This document shows, in pieces, positions 1-12,581 of a stretch of DNA of 64,000 bases. The notes beneath the pieces are model-generated. The model did no database searches. It was not told the origin of the DNA and saw only the letters and a program-made list of their open reading frames with translations. The DNA is from Eledone cirrhosa (taxonomy: Eukaryota). The translations under genes and the position numbers were made by a program. Numbering within the stretch: position 1 is the stretch's first letter; every line of letters starts with the position of its first letter. The stretch spans positions 154,876,001-154,940,000 of the forward strand of contig OZ024740.1 in the NCBI GenBank assembly GCA_964016885.1. Direction: 5' to 3'.

Positions 1-33
1 TATATATATATATGTATTTGTATGTGTGTGTAT

Positions 34-97
<64 letters not shown>

Positions 98-104
98 ATA
101 TGTA

Positions 105-161
<57 letters not shown>

Positions 162-358
162 GTATATATATGTGTGTATGTATGTGTGTATATGTATGTG
201 TATATATGTATATATGTATATATATATATGTGTGTGTATGTGTGTGTGTATAGATATTTATACATATGTATACTCGTGTTTGTATGTATGCGTGTGAGTG
301 TATTTATTTGTGTATATATGTGTGTATGTGTGTATGTATGTGTATGTGTGTGTGTATC

Positions 359-447
<89 letters not shown>

Positions 448-506
448 ATATATATGTATGTATATGTGTATGTATATATATATGTATATATGTATGTGTG
501 TGTGTA

Positions 507-561
<55 letters not shown>

Positions 562-620
562 ATATATATGTATGTATATGTGTATGTATATATATATGTA
601 TATATGTATGTGTGTGTGTA

Positions 621-677
<57 letters not shown>

Positions 678-830
678 ATATATATGTATGTATATGTGTA
701 TGTATATATATATGTATATATGTATGTGTGTATGTATGTGTGTGTACATGAATATATATTTGTATATATTTATATATTTTTTATATATGTGTGTGTGTTT
801 TTATGGGTGTATATGTGTTTGTGTGTGTGT
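1..830. repeat. (TA)n/(TG)n compound microsatellite
   Basis: Directly visible dinucleotide repeats; the YI/CV ORFs here are artefacts. Confidence 0.98.
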
Positions 831-959
831 TTATGGTTGCGCGTAAGTGTGTGAGTGAGTATGTGTGTTTTTTTGTTTTTTAGGTGTGTTTTTTTTGTTT
901 TTCTGTTTTTTTTTTGTTTTTTTTTTTTTGTTTTTTTGTTTTTTGTGAATGTGTCTGTT

Positions 960-2130
<1,171 letters not shown>

Positions 2131-2339
2131 ATATACAATCTTGCCTATATAATTTTATATAAGAAAATTTGTTATGTTCCAAACACCAGCTTAATGATGG
2201 GAAATAAGTTATGTCACAAAATCCCCAAAAATTCGTGATTATTTTCAAAATTGGTTGAAAATCAGTTTCCTTAGAAATATGGTAAGGAAAAGATTAATGT
2301 TGTGAATTGTTAGAATCGTTAGATCATCGGACAAAATAC

Positions 2340-2395
<56 letters not shown>

Positions 2396-2439
2396 TACAT
2401 ATATATATATATCATTAATAAATATCAATAAACTATATA

Positions 2440-3356
2440 TAAAATAAAATAACAATTGAAATTCCCAATTGGGGCGACCGCTACTGCGTGGTTGTTTTTC
2501 ACCCCGTAGATAGAGCCCTCAATGCCAGGAGCATGTTTTGTAGGTGTTCCCATCTTCCTTCTCCTTGTCTTCTTCAACCTACAGGTTTATATACAGAGAA
2601 AGCCCATTTACTCGGGCCATTTTCGCCACATTCACCCACCTTTCAGCGAATTTACTGGGGTGTAGCACCCCTCTCACCTTCCTTCTGAAGTGGTATTTAA
2701 AGACGGGGATAAGTTGTTGTCTGGAGAGGAAGGTGTTTGCCCTCAGTCCTTTTAACCTCGTCCACCATATTACCTCTTTCGCGATAGCCACCAGACAGAG
2801 GAACACCGCCTCTCCTTCATTGTTAAATAAAGGCGGCGGGGTGATCCTCACGATAGACTCGGCTGACAACTGGATGCGTCCTACACGTGACATTAGCTGT
2901 TCGACATAATTCCACAGGTCGGTCACCGCTGGGCACTGAACAATTGCGTGCAGAACTGTTTCAATGTCTTGCTCGCATCTTAGACGAGTCCTTTTGACAG
3001 GATCCCTGCCAGGGCATCCGTGACTGTAGATTTTGTTTTGAACTGGTAGATCTCTTCGGTAGCACAGCCAGGCCAGAGACCTCTGAAAGGTATCCATAGG
3101 TCCTGGACGGAAAGTCCTCCACTAATCCTCTATAGAATGTCGACGTGGAGTCTCCACTGATTGTCGTTTCCGCTTGATAGAGAGCTGTGAGTGCCTGAAG
3201 GCACTCGAAGTGCTAGGCACCCATTTTCGGTCTTTGCTTGACCCACTGCAGCTCTGTTAGCGAGATGAGTTGTGGAAAAGCTCGTCTCACAAACAATAAC
3301 CACACCAGTTCACCGGTCAGGAACACCTGGAGATGACATAGGTGTTCCTGACCGGT

Positions 3357-3357
<1 letters not shown>
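2440..3357 (-). mobile_element. Tx1/L1-clade LINE 3' fragment (zf-RVT-like C-terminus)
   Basis: ORF 2579-3097 with RCEQDIETVLHAIVQC; homologous to 26690-27905 and 46560-47150. Confidence 0.75.
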
Positions 3358-3438
<81 letters not shown>

Positions 3439-3440
3439 AA
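3357..3440. repeat. (GATA)n microsatellite, probably the tail of the adjacent LINE fragment
   Basis: Direct observation. Confidence 0.95.
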
Positions 3441-3685
3441 GATATAAGTTTGATAGGTTTCGGCCAATATTGGCCCAGGTCATGTCTAACTTAATAGCAC
3501 CACCTGGCGAAGTCGTTCAAATCAGGATTTGGACACCATGGCCCACTCAAGTAGAGAGTTATTGTTTACGGAGACATATCCGGTTGTAGGAGGTTTATCT
3601 GGGATTTCTTGAAGGAATTTGTCCAAAGACTTCTTGAACTTTATGGGGTCTGTTTCTGTTTTATATGTTTTGGTGTAATGTTATA
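3440..3685 (-). mobile_element. CR1-group LINE 3' end fragment
   Basis: Minus frame YNITPKHIK...FKKSLDKFLQEIPDKPPTTGYVSVNNNSLLEW resembles CR1/L2-group ORF2 C-termini; short UTR followed by a (TATC)n tail. Confidence 0.55.
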
Positions 3686-4427
3686 GATATATATATATAT
3701 ATATAAAGTATATCGATGGAAAATTTATTGTGTGTGTGTGCACATATGCAGGTGTGTCAATGAGCCTATATAAGTATATGTATTCCTGTGTATGTGAATG
3801 TGTCCCTCTATATACATATTTTTATAAGAGGATAAATATTAATCATTTTAAATTAGTTTACTTTAATCCTCTCACCAGATTTTTTTAAAAAAGAGTTAAA
3901 TTCCATTAATTGTTATCCTTTATTAGAACTAAAATAATGTTTGTTTTCTTAGTTTTTAAATTAATTTATTAATCTATTATTTCTTTAAATTTTACGAGAG
4001 CCACATAGAAAAACTAGTAAATTTTTAATATTTACATGGTACAAATTGGTCATATTGTAGCTTCATCACAAAGGTACAATTAGTATTTCACACACAATCT
4101 TACAATTTTTTTAATATTTTATTGTTTATATGCCAATATACCAATGCCTGTATATAGATATTGATTATGTGAAATGTTTCATAATATTTCAAATAACTGG
4201 ATGTACATGCGTAAAGAAAGAAATATGGTTTAAAAGATAAAAGATCATTTTTCCATCTAAATACTTGTTTGTATTTGCTCAGCATTTATGTCGGCATCTC
4301 AAAACCTTTCTCACTAAAAACTTCTTTCTCTTCAAACCTATACAATATATAAACACATCAAGCTAATTCTGAAAAGAGGTGGCAATTGTATACTGTCATA
4401 TAATATTCTCTACTCTCCTTTGCTATA

Positions 4428-4770
4428 TCATTTCATTTTTCATTTCATTTTACATCCGCTTTTCCCTGCTTGCAAGGGTGGGACGGGAACTGATTCTGGC
4501 TTGATTTCTACAGCTGGATGCCCTTCCTAACACAAACCTCATTTACAGTGAGTACTGGGTGCTTTTTTGCCTTGGCACCTCCACGACCACTTTGCAGTGG
4601 AATGATATGGACCCCAGTCCCTATCATCTCATTTCTACAGCTGAGTAAACTGGAGCAATGTGAAATAAAGTGTCTTGCTCAAGGAAACAACACATCACCC
4701 GGTCTGAGAATTGAACTCACAACCTTTTGATTGCAAGGCGAATGCTCTAACCACTAAGCCATGTGCCTCC
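4428..4770 (-). mobile_element. tRNA-derived CORE-type SINE with an RTE-derived 3' tail
   Basis: A box (TGGCTTAGTGG), B box (AGTTCAATTC), CORE-like CCTTGAGCAAGACACTT...; 4497-4590 nearly matches the RTE 3'UTR at 5381-5520. Confidence 0.8.
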
Positions 4771-5049
4771 ATTATATATATATTCATAAATTTGAGTATT
4801 CTCAGCCCAAAAGGTAGCCCTTACCAGCTGGTTACTATTTGCATAGTAAAATTTTAGGTTAAGATTTAACCACAAATCGAACGGAGAGCGTGAGAGAGAG
4901 GAAGAAAGAGAGATGATAAATGAAGGTTTTATATATATATATGTGTGTGTGTGTGTGCGTGTGTGAAATGAAGCAACAGAGTTAATGACTCGCGTTTATC
5001 CCAGTCAGTTACCTAAAGTCTCTTTAGAAGTGTGGGACATATGGTCTTT

Positions 5050-5132
5050 ACACTTGCTGAAGATCCCTGAGATGATATGATTCTCACACTAATGTATGGT
5101 GAAACATTCTCCTTGTGAGTCTGTACAGGTGT
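5050..5132 (+). ncRNA. Type I hammerhead ribozyme motif (partly degenerate) in a PLE pLTR fragment (~4960-5250)
   Basis: ACACTTG-CTGAAGA-...-GAAA-cattctccttgtgagtctg-TA-CAGGTGT; 7-bp stem I with one G.U pair. Confidence 0.65.
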
Positions 5133-5556
5133 CATATCGTTATAAAGGTAGTTTATTTCATTTCGTAGTTTTTATGTTTTTCACTCTAGTGGCCTTATAC
5201 TCCCTATAATCGAAAACACATTCTCTTGTGTATTATCCTCTCTCTATTATATATATATATCATCATCATCATCATCACCGTTTTACGTCCGTTCTTCCAC
5301 GCTAGCATGGGTTAGACGGGTTGTCCTGTTGTGGGCAGTGTCTGGTCGGCTGACCATGCCTTGCTCATACAGGAACTGATCTGGCTTGATTTCTACAGCT
5401 GGATGCCCTTCCTAACACCAACCTCATTTACAGTGAGTGCTGGGTGCTTTTTCGTGGCGCCTACACGTCCACTTTACAGTGTGGGCTGGGTGCTTTTTTG
5501 CCGTGGCACCTCCACGACCACCTTGCGGTGGGGGGGGGGCATATTGTTTATATGCT

Positions 5557-8500
5557 TCAGCATGTACCCATGGGAGGTCGGGTACTCTGTATTACTGCGT
5601 GACGCCAGAAGTCACGGTCGTGTGTCATTGACTTTGAGAGGTGTAGTTGGGTAAGGTCGGCTTTTATCACCTCATCCCAAGTCATCTTGGGTCTCCCCAC
5701 TCCGCGGTTTCCATCAACTTCTAGTGCTCTGCACCTTTTTATGCAGCTGTCATCCTTCATACGCATCACATGTCCATACCAGCGTAACCGCCTCTCCTGC
5801 ACGCAGCATTTGATTCCTCTTATGCTCAGTCTCTCTCTCAATTCATTTATGCTTTGTCGTTCACGTATATTACTGTTACACATCCATCGGAGCATGCAGG
5901 CTTCGTTTCTCTCTAATCTACGTAAGTCTTCCACCTTCAGCGCCCAGGTCTCACTACCATGCAACATCGCTGTTCGGATACACGCATCATACAGTCTGCC
6001 TTTCATTCTGAGGGAGAAGCCTTTTGCAGCTAGCAGTGGTAGTAGTTCCCTAAACTTCTTCCATCCCGTTCTTACCCTAGTTATTGTACTTTCTGAGCAC
6101 CCACCTCCGTTGCTAATTCGGTCACCTAGGTAGCAGAAGCTGTCTACTGTTTCTACAGGGCCCTCCCAGAGATTGGTGGTACTTGTTTCCTGTGGCTGTT
6201 TGCTTGCTGTTTCAGCACAGCTGCTGCATGTGAATCCTACATTCTTAATTAAGCTTCCTGAGATCCCGCTACATCTCTTGTGTACCCATTGTTTGCATTT
6301 GGGGCAAAGAATGGAGTTCCTACCTACACCTTTCCTACATACTGAGCAAGGCCATTTCCCTGAGGGGATCTGGGTTCTGTTTTCTCGTCTACTTATAAGG
6401 ACCTTAGTCTTTGTCATGTTGACTTTGAGGCCCTTTCTCTCTAGTCCCTGCTTCCAGGTTTGGAATTTATTCTCTAGTTCTACCATAGATTCAGCTATGA
6501 GTGCGAGGTCATCAGCATACAGGAGTTCCCATGGGCATCCGGTCTTAAACTCCTCCGTTATTGCCTGCAGGACTATGATGAACAGGAGAGGGCTAAGAAC
6601 AGAGCCCTGGTGGACCCCAACCTGTACGCTAAATTCCTCGCTATACTCATTGCCAATCCTAACTTTGCTGACTGCTCCCCTATACATGGCTTGTACCGCT
6701 TTCACAAGCCATTCATCTACTCCTAGTTTTCTAAGAGCCCACCAGATTACTGCACGTGGAACTCTGTCAAAGGCTTTCTCAAGGTCGACAAATGCCAAGT
6801 AGAGTGGCTTACTTTTAGCTAGGTACTTTTCCTGTAATTGCCTCACAAGGAAGAGGGCATCAGTGGTGCCTTTCCCTGGTACAAACCCAAATTGCATCTC
6901 GTCTATATTCACCCGGTCCCTAATCAGCTGTGCTATAACTCTTTCTGTTACTTTCATGACCTGGTCCATCAACTTTATACCTCTATAGTTTCCTCTATCT
7001 AGTGCATCGCCTTTACCTTTGTAGCAGTTGACAATGATGCTACTGCACCAATCTTTTGGTATGGCCCCCTCTAGTATTACCTGGTTAACGATACGTGTGG
7101 TTATAGTGTGACCTACAGACCCAGATGCCTTCAGCATCTCGGCAGCTATACCCGATGGACCGGTTGCCTTCCCTATCTTCATATCTCTGATTGCCTTACT
7201 TACTACGCTGCCGCTGACTTGTACTGCTGGTCCCTCTATAGGGTCTACGTGGGGTAGGGTCTCTTCTTCCCATGCATTCTCCTCATTTAGTAATCTATCA
7301 TAATGACTCTTCCATGCATCTTTCTTCTCAGCACTTGTGAGGGCAAGCTCACCTTTATCATTCCGGATACACTTCTCTCCAATGACATCACAACTATCTC
7401 TGACACACTGCCTCGCAATCTTGAATACCTCCTGTTTCTGGTCCTCACGTTGTAAAACATGCTTGAATTTTCTATCCTCTGCTTCCCTCCTAGCTAAGTA
7501 TACTTGTCGCCTAGCGTCCCTCTTGGTCTCTATGTAATGTACCCTGCTCCCCCCGTTCTTCCATTCTTTCCATGCCTGTCTCTTGGCCTTGACTGCTTCA
7601 TCTACCTTATTGTTCCACCACCAAGTCACTCTCCTCCTGCTTGAGGTCTTACTCCAGCCACAAACCTCATCCGTCGCCTCTAGTAAGTTATTTTTTAGGA
7701 ACTCCCAGTTCTCTTCTACGTTAAATGTCTTTATCTGTTCTTCTTTACTGTCGTAGGCGTTGAGTAAAATATCTTTAAATCTGTTACTGGTTGAGGGGAC
7801 TTTCAGCTTCCAGATCTTTCTTCTCCAGGTTGGCCTCTGTTTCAGGGCTCGTCTAGTTCTGACCGTGAGGTCGCTGACAACTAAGCTATGTTGGGATGTA
7901 CATTCCTCACTAGGGAAGGCTTTTGTGTTTACGACCGTCCATCTGTCACGTCCTCTGATGAGGATAAAATCTAACTGACTAGAGTGCTCCCCTGATCTAT
8001 AGGTGATCAGGTGGTTGTCGGGTTTTTTAAAGTTTGTGTTACATATCGACATGTCATTGGCGTCGCAGAATTCTAGAAGTCTGAATCCTTCCTCATTCCT
8101 TGTGCCAACTCCATGGCCTCCATGTACTCTATTGAAGCCGTCGCAGTGTTTACCTACGTGTCCGTTAAAATCTCCTGCAATGATTAGGAAGTCCTTGTCT
8201 GTTAGAGCAGTAGTGTGTATTAGGGACTCGTAAAACCTATCCTTAAGTTCGTCTGGCAGCCCCGATTGGGGTGCGTAAGCTGATATTATTGTGGTAATTG
8301 TCTTATTCAGGACTAGTCTGAGTTTAATGATTCTTGCATTTACCCTGTACACTGAGATTACTTTATCTACCCACTTGTCAGCTAATAGTATACCTACACC
8401 ACCCATCCCATCGTCATTTCCCACCCAGAAAAATTTGTAGCACTGGCTTTTTCCTACAAGGACTCTAGCAGACCCTCCTCTCCATCTAGTCTCTTGCACA

Positions 8501-8673
8501 CAGCATACATCAACTTCCTTTCGCTCTAGCATTTCTACGATTTCTCCTGCTCTTCCTTTCATTGAGCCTACATTGATGGTACCAACTCGGAGTTTTGGGC
8601 ATTTGTCGACACTCGTAGGGGAGGGTCTCTGGGTTGGCGCTTCACGTGGGTGCTTGGTAGCTCGCAGATTCAT
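5557..8673 (-). CDS. RTE ORF: APE endonuclease + reverse transcriptase with embedded PHD finger (1038 aa)
   Basis: TINV, VQETRW, GDFNGHVG, LDFIL, SQH (APE); NYRGIKL, QFGF, FVDLEKAFD, GVHQGSVLSP, YADD, FCYLG (RT); RRLRWYGHV...GRPK C-terminus typical of RTE. Confidence 0.96.
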   Translation of the reverse strand: MNLRATKHPREAPTQRPSPTSVDKCPKLRVGTINVGSMKGRAGEIVEMLERKEVDVCCVQETRWRGGSARVLVGKSQCYKFFWVGNDDGMGGVGILLADKWVDKVISVYRVNARIIKLRLVLNKTITTIISAYAPQSGLPDELKDRFYESLIHTTALTDKDFLIIAGDFNGHVGKHCDGFNRVHGGHGVGTRNEEGFRLLEFCDANDMSICNTNFKKPDNHLITYRSGEHSSQLDFILIRGRDRWTVVNTKAFPSEECTSQHSLVVSDLTVRTRRALKQRPTWRRKIWKLKVPSTSNRFKDILLNAYDSKEEQIKTFNVEENWEFLKNNLLEATDEVCGWSKTSSRRRVTWWWNNKVDEAVKAKRQAWKEWKNGGSRVHYIETKRDARRQVYLARREAEDRKFKHVLQREDQKQEVFKIARQCVRDSCDVIGEKCIRNDKGELALTSAEKKDAWKSHYDRLLNEENAWEEETLPHVDPIEGPAVQVSGSVVSKAIRDMKIGKATGPSGIAAEMLKASGSVGHTITTRIVNQVILEGAIPKDWCSSIIVNCYKGKGDALDRGNYRGIKLMDQVMKVTERVIAQLIRDRVNIDEMQFGFVPGKGTTDALFLVRQLQEKYLAKSKPLYLAFVDLEKAFDRVPRAVIWWALRKLGVDEWLVKAVQAMYRGAVSKVRIGNEYSEEFSVQVGVHQGSVLSPLLFIIVLQAITEEFKTGCPWELLYADDLALIAESMVELENKFQTWKQGLERKGLKVNMTKTKVLISRRENRTQIPSGKWPCSVCRKGVGRNSILCPKCKQWVHKRCSGISGSLIKNVGFTCSSCAETASKQPQETSTTNLWEGPVETVDSFCYLGDRISNGGGCSESTITRVRTGWKKFRELLPLLAAKGFSLRMKGRLYDACIRTAMLHGSETWALKVEDLRRLERNEACMLRWMCNSNIRERQSINELRERLSIRGIKCCVQERRLRWYGHVMRMKDDSCIKRCRALEVDGNRGVGRPKMTWDEVIKADLTQLHLSKSMTHDRDFWRHAVIQSTRPPMGTC

Positions 8674-8917
8674 ATTTCATCTATTGATTCAGAGTTGCTC
8701 GTGTATTCCCAGCTCATCCATCCATAACGGTGGGAAAATTGAGGGCTAGAAGGACAGTGGTGGTGGGGTAATGGCAGGGTGTGTTGGGATGCGCCAGAGG
8801 AGGAGAGAGTTAGTTAGGCAGGTAGTAGCAGCAGCAGCAGTGGAAATGGCATGCTAGGTTTGATTGGTCGAATAGACTATGGTGGTGTGTGGGGGTGGGG
8901 GGGAGGGAAATTGTGAG

Positions 8918-11017
8918 GTAGGAACTGAGGGTCGCATGGTAAATATCCAAGTTAATAAGTTAATACTACATCAGTAAAATTAACAATAATAACGTCATGA
9001 AAAAAACTACTAAGAGAAACCCTCGAAAATTTATCGCTAATACAGCAGGGAAAATTTAACGCTAATACAGCAGGGAACATCATAATATTAACGACAATAT
9101 GTAGGCTAAAATACCTTCGTAGATTAGATGGATGGCTGGCTGGGAAAATTGGAATCAGCTCTAGTGATACATTTTAGCAGAGAAGAATGGGAAAGTGTCT
9201 TATCTCTTCAATATTTTCAGATTGAATGAATTAGGTTAAAGACAGGGTAGTAAGCCTTAAAGAAGTGCATAGAGAGGGGGGGTAGGAACTGAGGGTCGCA
9301 TGGTAAATAACTGAGAGAGATACAATAGGATTAGAATACCGCATGGTAAATATCCAAGTTAATAAGTTAATACTAAATCAGTAAAATTAACAATAATAAC
9401 GTCATGAAAAAAACTACTAAGAGAAACCCTCGAAAATTTATCGCTAATACAGCAGGGAAAATTTAACGCTAATACAGCAGGGAACATCATAATATTAACG
9501 ACAATATGTAGGCTAAAATACCTTCGTAGATTAGATGGATGGCTGGCTGGGAAAATTGGAATCAGCTCTAGTGATACATTTTAGCAGAGAAGAATGGGAA
9601 AGTGTCTTATCTCTTCAATATTTTCAGATTGAATGAATTAGGTTAAAGACAGGGTAGTAAGCCTTAAAGAAGTGCATAGAGAGGGGGGGGTAGGAACTGA
9701 GGGTCGCATGGTAAATAACTGAGAGAGATACAATAGGATTAGAATACCGCATGGTAAATATCCAAGTTAATAAGTTAATACTACATCAGTAAAATTAACA
9801 ATAATAACGTCATGAAAAAAACTACTAAGAGAAACCCTCGAAAATTTATCGCTAATACAGCAGGGAAAATTTAACGCTAATACAGCAGGGAACATCATAA
9901 TATTAACGACAATATGTAGGCTAAAATACCTTCGTAGATTAGATGGATGGCTGGCTGGGAAAATTGGAATCAGCTCTAGTGATACATTTTAGCAGAGAAG
10001 AATGGGAAAGTGTCTTATCTCTTCAATATTTTCAGATTGAATGAATTAGGTTAAAGACAGGGTAGTAAGCCTTAAAGAAGTGCATAGAGAGGGGGGGTAG
10101 GAACTGAGGGTCGCATGGTAAATAACTGAGAGAGATACAATAGGATTAGAATACCGCATGGTAAATATCCAAGTTAATAAGTTAATACTAAATCAGTAAA
10201 ATTAACAATAATAACGTCATGAAAAAAACTACTAAGAGAAACCCTCGAAAATTTATCGCTAATACAGCAGGGAAAATTTAACGCTAATACAGCAGGGAAC
10301 ATCATAATATTAACGACAATATGTAGGCTAAAATACCTTCGTAGATTAGATGGATGGCTGGCTGGGAAAATTGGAATCAGCTCTAGTGATACATTTTAGC
10401 AGAGAAGAATGGGAAAGTGTCTTATCTCTTCAATATTTTCAGATTGAATGAATTAGGTTAAAGACAGGGTAGTAAGCCTTAAAGAAGTGCATAGAGAGGG
10501 GGGGGTAGGAACTGAGGGTCGCATGGTAAATAACTGAGAGAGATACAATAGGATTAGAATACCGCATGGTAAATATCCAAGTTAATAAGTTAATACTACA
10601 TCAGTAAAATTAACAATAATAACGTCATGAAAAAAACTACTAAGAGAAACCCTCGAAAATTTATCGCTAATACAGCAGGGAAAATTTAACGCTAATACAG
10701 CAGGGAACATCATAATATTAACGACAATATGTAGGCTAAAATACCTTCGTAGATTAGATGGATGGCTGGCTGGGAAAATTGGAATCAGCTCTAGTGATAC
10801 ATTTTAGCAGAGAAGAATGGGAAAGTGTCTTATCTCTTCAATATTTTCAGATTGAATGAATTAGGTTAAAGACAGGGTAGTAAGCCTTAAAGAAGTGCAT
10901 AGAGAGGGGGGGGTAGGAACTGAGGGTCACATGGTAAATAACTGAGAGAGATACAATAGGATTAGAATACCGCATGGTAAATATCCAAGTTAATAAGTTA
11001 ATACTACATCAGTAAAA

Positions 11018-11020
<3 letters not shown>
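8918..11020. repeat. Tandem array of ~5.1 near-identical 407-408 bp monomers in the RTE 5' region
   Basis: AAATATCCAAG recurs at 8941, 9348, 9756, 10163, 10571 and 10979. Confidence 0.96.
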
Positions 11021-11061
<41 letters not shown>

Positions 11062-11064
<3 letters not shown>

Positions 11065-11378
11065 TGTTATACTTTGGGAGGGTCATGTTGCCAATAAGAA
11101 ACACACGCACCAGTTGCTTTCACTTCAATTTATTATAATAAATTTATAAATTTAGGAATTTATAAATTTCCGGTTGGTTGGTTGGTTCCACAACCAGATG
11201 GTTGTTTATATATTGTCAAAGTTCTTTCGTCACACATTCTATTATAATAAATTGAAGTGAAAGCAACTGGTGCGTGTGTTTCTTATTGGCAACATGACCC
11301 TCCCAAAGTATAACAATATCGGTTTCAACACACGTTTTCAGATAAAGAATCTTGGTAAACAAATTCAAAATCGAAATA
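11062..11378 (+). mobile_element. Miniature PLE pLTR insertion with inverted 5' segment (relative of the 15769-17910 family)
   Basis: 11062-11140 is the inverted complement of 11240-11319; tail CGGTTTCAACACACG... matches 17851-17910. Confidence 0.85.
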
Positions 11379-11386
11379 TATATATA

Positions 11387-11556
<170 letters not shown>

Positions 11557-11588
11557 TTTATTAATTTATATATATTCATATATATATA

Positions 11589-11690
<102 letters not shown>

Positions 11691-11699
11691 TATATAGTA

Positions 11700-12350
11700 T
11701 TAAGGATACTATTTATGGTTATGTATATAATAAAACCTTTTATGGTTATATATTTTTTATACAAACCCCAAATAGTGAAAGATAGTCATTTATTACTATC
11801 TTATTACCAGTAAGATAAATAGCTCAATGTAATAACATCGGTGGTTTTACAGAGCAGTTATATAGAGATTACAATAATCAAAGTTCAGTTTAAATCATTT
11901 ATTTGCTTACAACTGTTTCCTCCAAACCGAGGCTTGGATTCTTCGGAGCAACTATTTAGTGATCTATAACATACTTGACCTCCTTTTCAACACAAGAGAC
12001 ATACAAAAACATATGCATATATTGACCCACAGTGGGATGACATCCATCATAATGATATAGCATGGCAATTTACATATAAAGGTTAAAGGATAAAAATAAA
12101 AATAAAAATAAAAATGAAACATTGGCAGTTTATGAAGATAAAGCAAGAGGAAAGTTTAGAGTAGTCAATGTATGAAACAATCTCACGTGTAGCATGCACG
12201 CGTGTCTTATTTATACAGGGTTAGAGTGCGGTAGATTGTTACTTGTAGGATCAGGCAGTTAAAGCAGGCAATCGATAGTATTATGTGGGCTGAATTGTTA
12301 AATCATTTTTTCGCATACACCTGTATGATATACAATCCCGAATGTAGAGA
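11700..12350 (-). mobile_element. PLE pLTR/3' fragment related to the Hydra-clade element at 24250-29805
   Basis: Shares TTATTACCAGTAA...AGCTCAAT...TTTTACAGAGC and HHR layout with 24339-24487. Confidence 0.7.
11903..11951 (-). ncRNA. Minimal type I hammerhead, CCGAAGA core variant
   Basis: Minus strand: TTGCT-CCGAAGA-atccaagcctcggtttggag-GAAA-cagttg-TA-AGCAA. Confidence 0.72.
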
Positions 12351-12581
12351 AACACCAAAATATCAAAGATATCAAACATATTATAAGACATATTATAGCG
12401 TAGGCAAGACAGTACCACTGTCTTCGAGCACACCACCACTCACATAATCCATGAAACGCAATATATAGACCTCGGGTCTATCATACAATCCACGATGGTT
12501 CAGCATAGAACCAAGTTATAAACCATTTCTTGTCGATTCTTAATTAATAGATCATGTTGTTTAGTTTTGTGTGATAATATC

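Larger units (their letters stand above)
5261..11020 (-). mobile_element. Apparently full-length RTE-clade LINE inserted in (TA)n
   Basis: Intact ORF, ~300-nt 3'UTR, (GAT)n tail at 5261-5277, 5' tandem array; (TA)n on both flanks. Confidence 0.93.

Noticed and set aside
22-854. Long YI/CV/TH-repeat ORFs (also near 11.3-11.7, 14.8, 17.9-18.6 and 20.3-21.3 kb)
   Set aside because: Translations of stop-free dinucleotide microsatellites.
3440-3490. GGCCAATATTGGCC palindrome with GAAAC as a possible hammerhead
   Set aside because: No CUGANGA at a suitable position; better explained as a LINE 3' stem-loop.
5687-8233. Plus-strand ORFs overlapping the RTE ORF
   Set aside because: Antisense shadows of the real coding frame with no recognisable motifs.
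8918-11020. HDV-like ribozyme in the RTE 5' monomers
   Set aside because: RTEs can carry them, but I could not build the nested double pseudoknot by eye on the sense strand.
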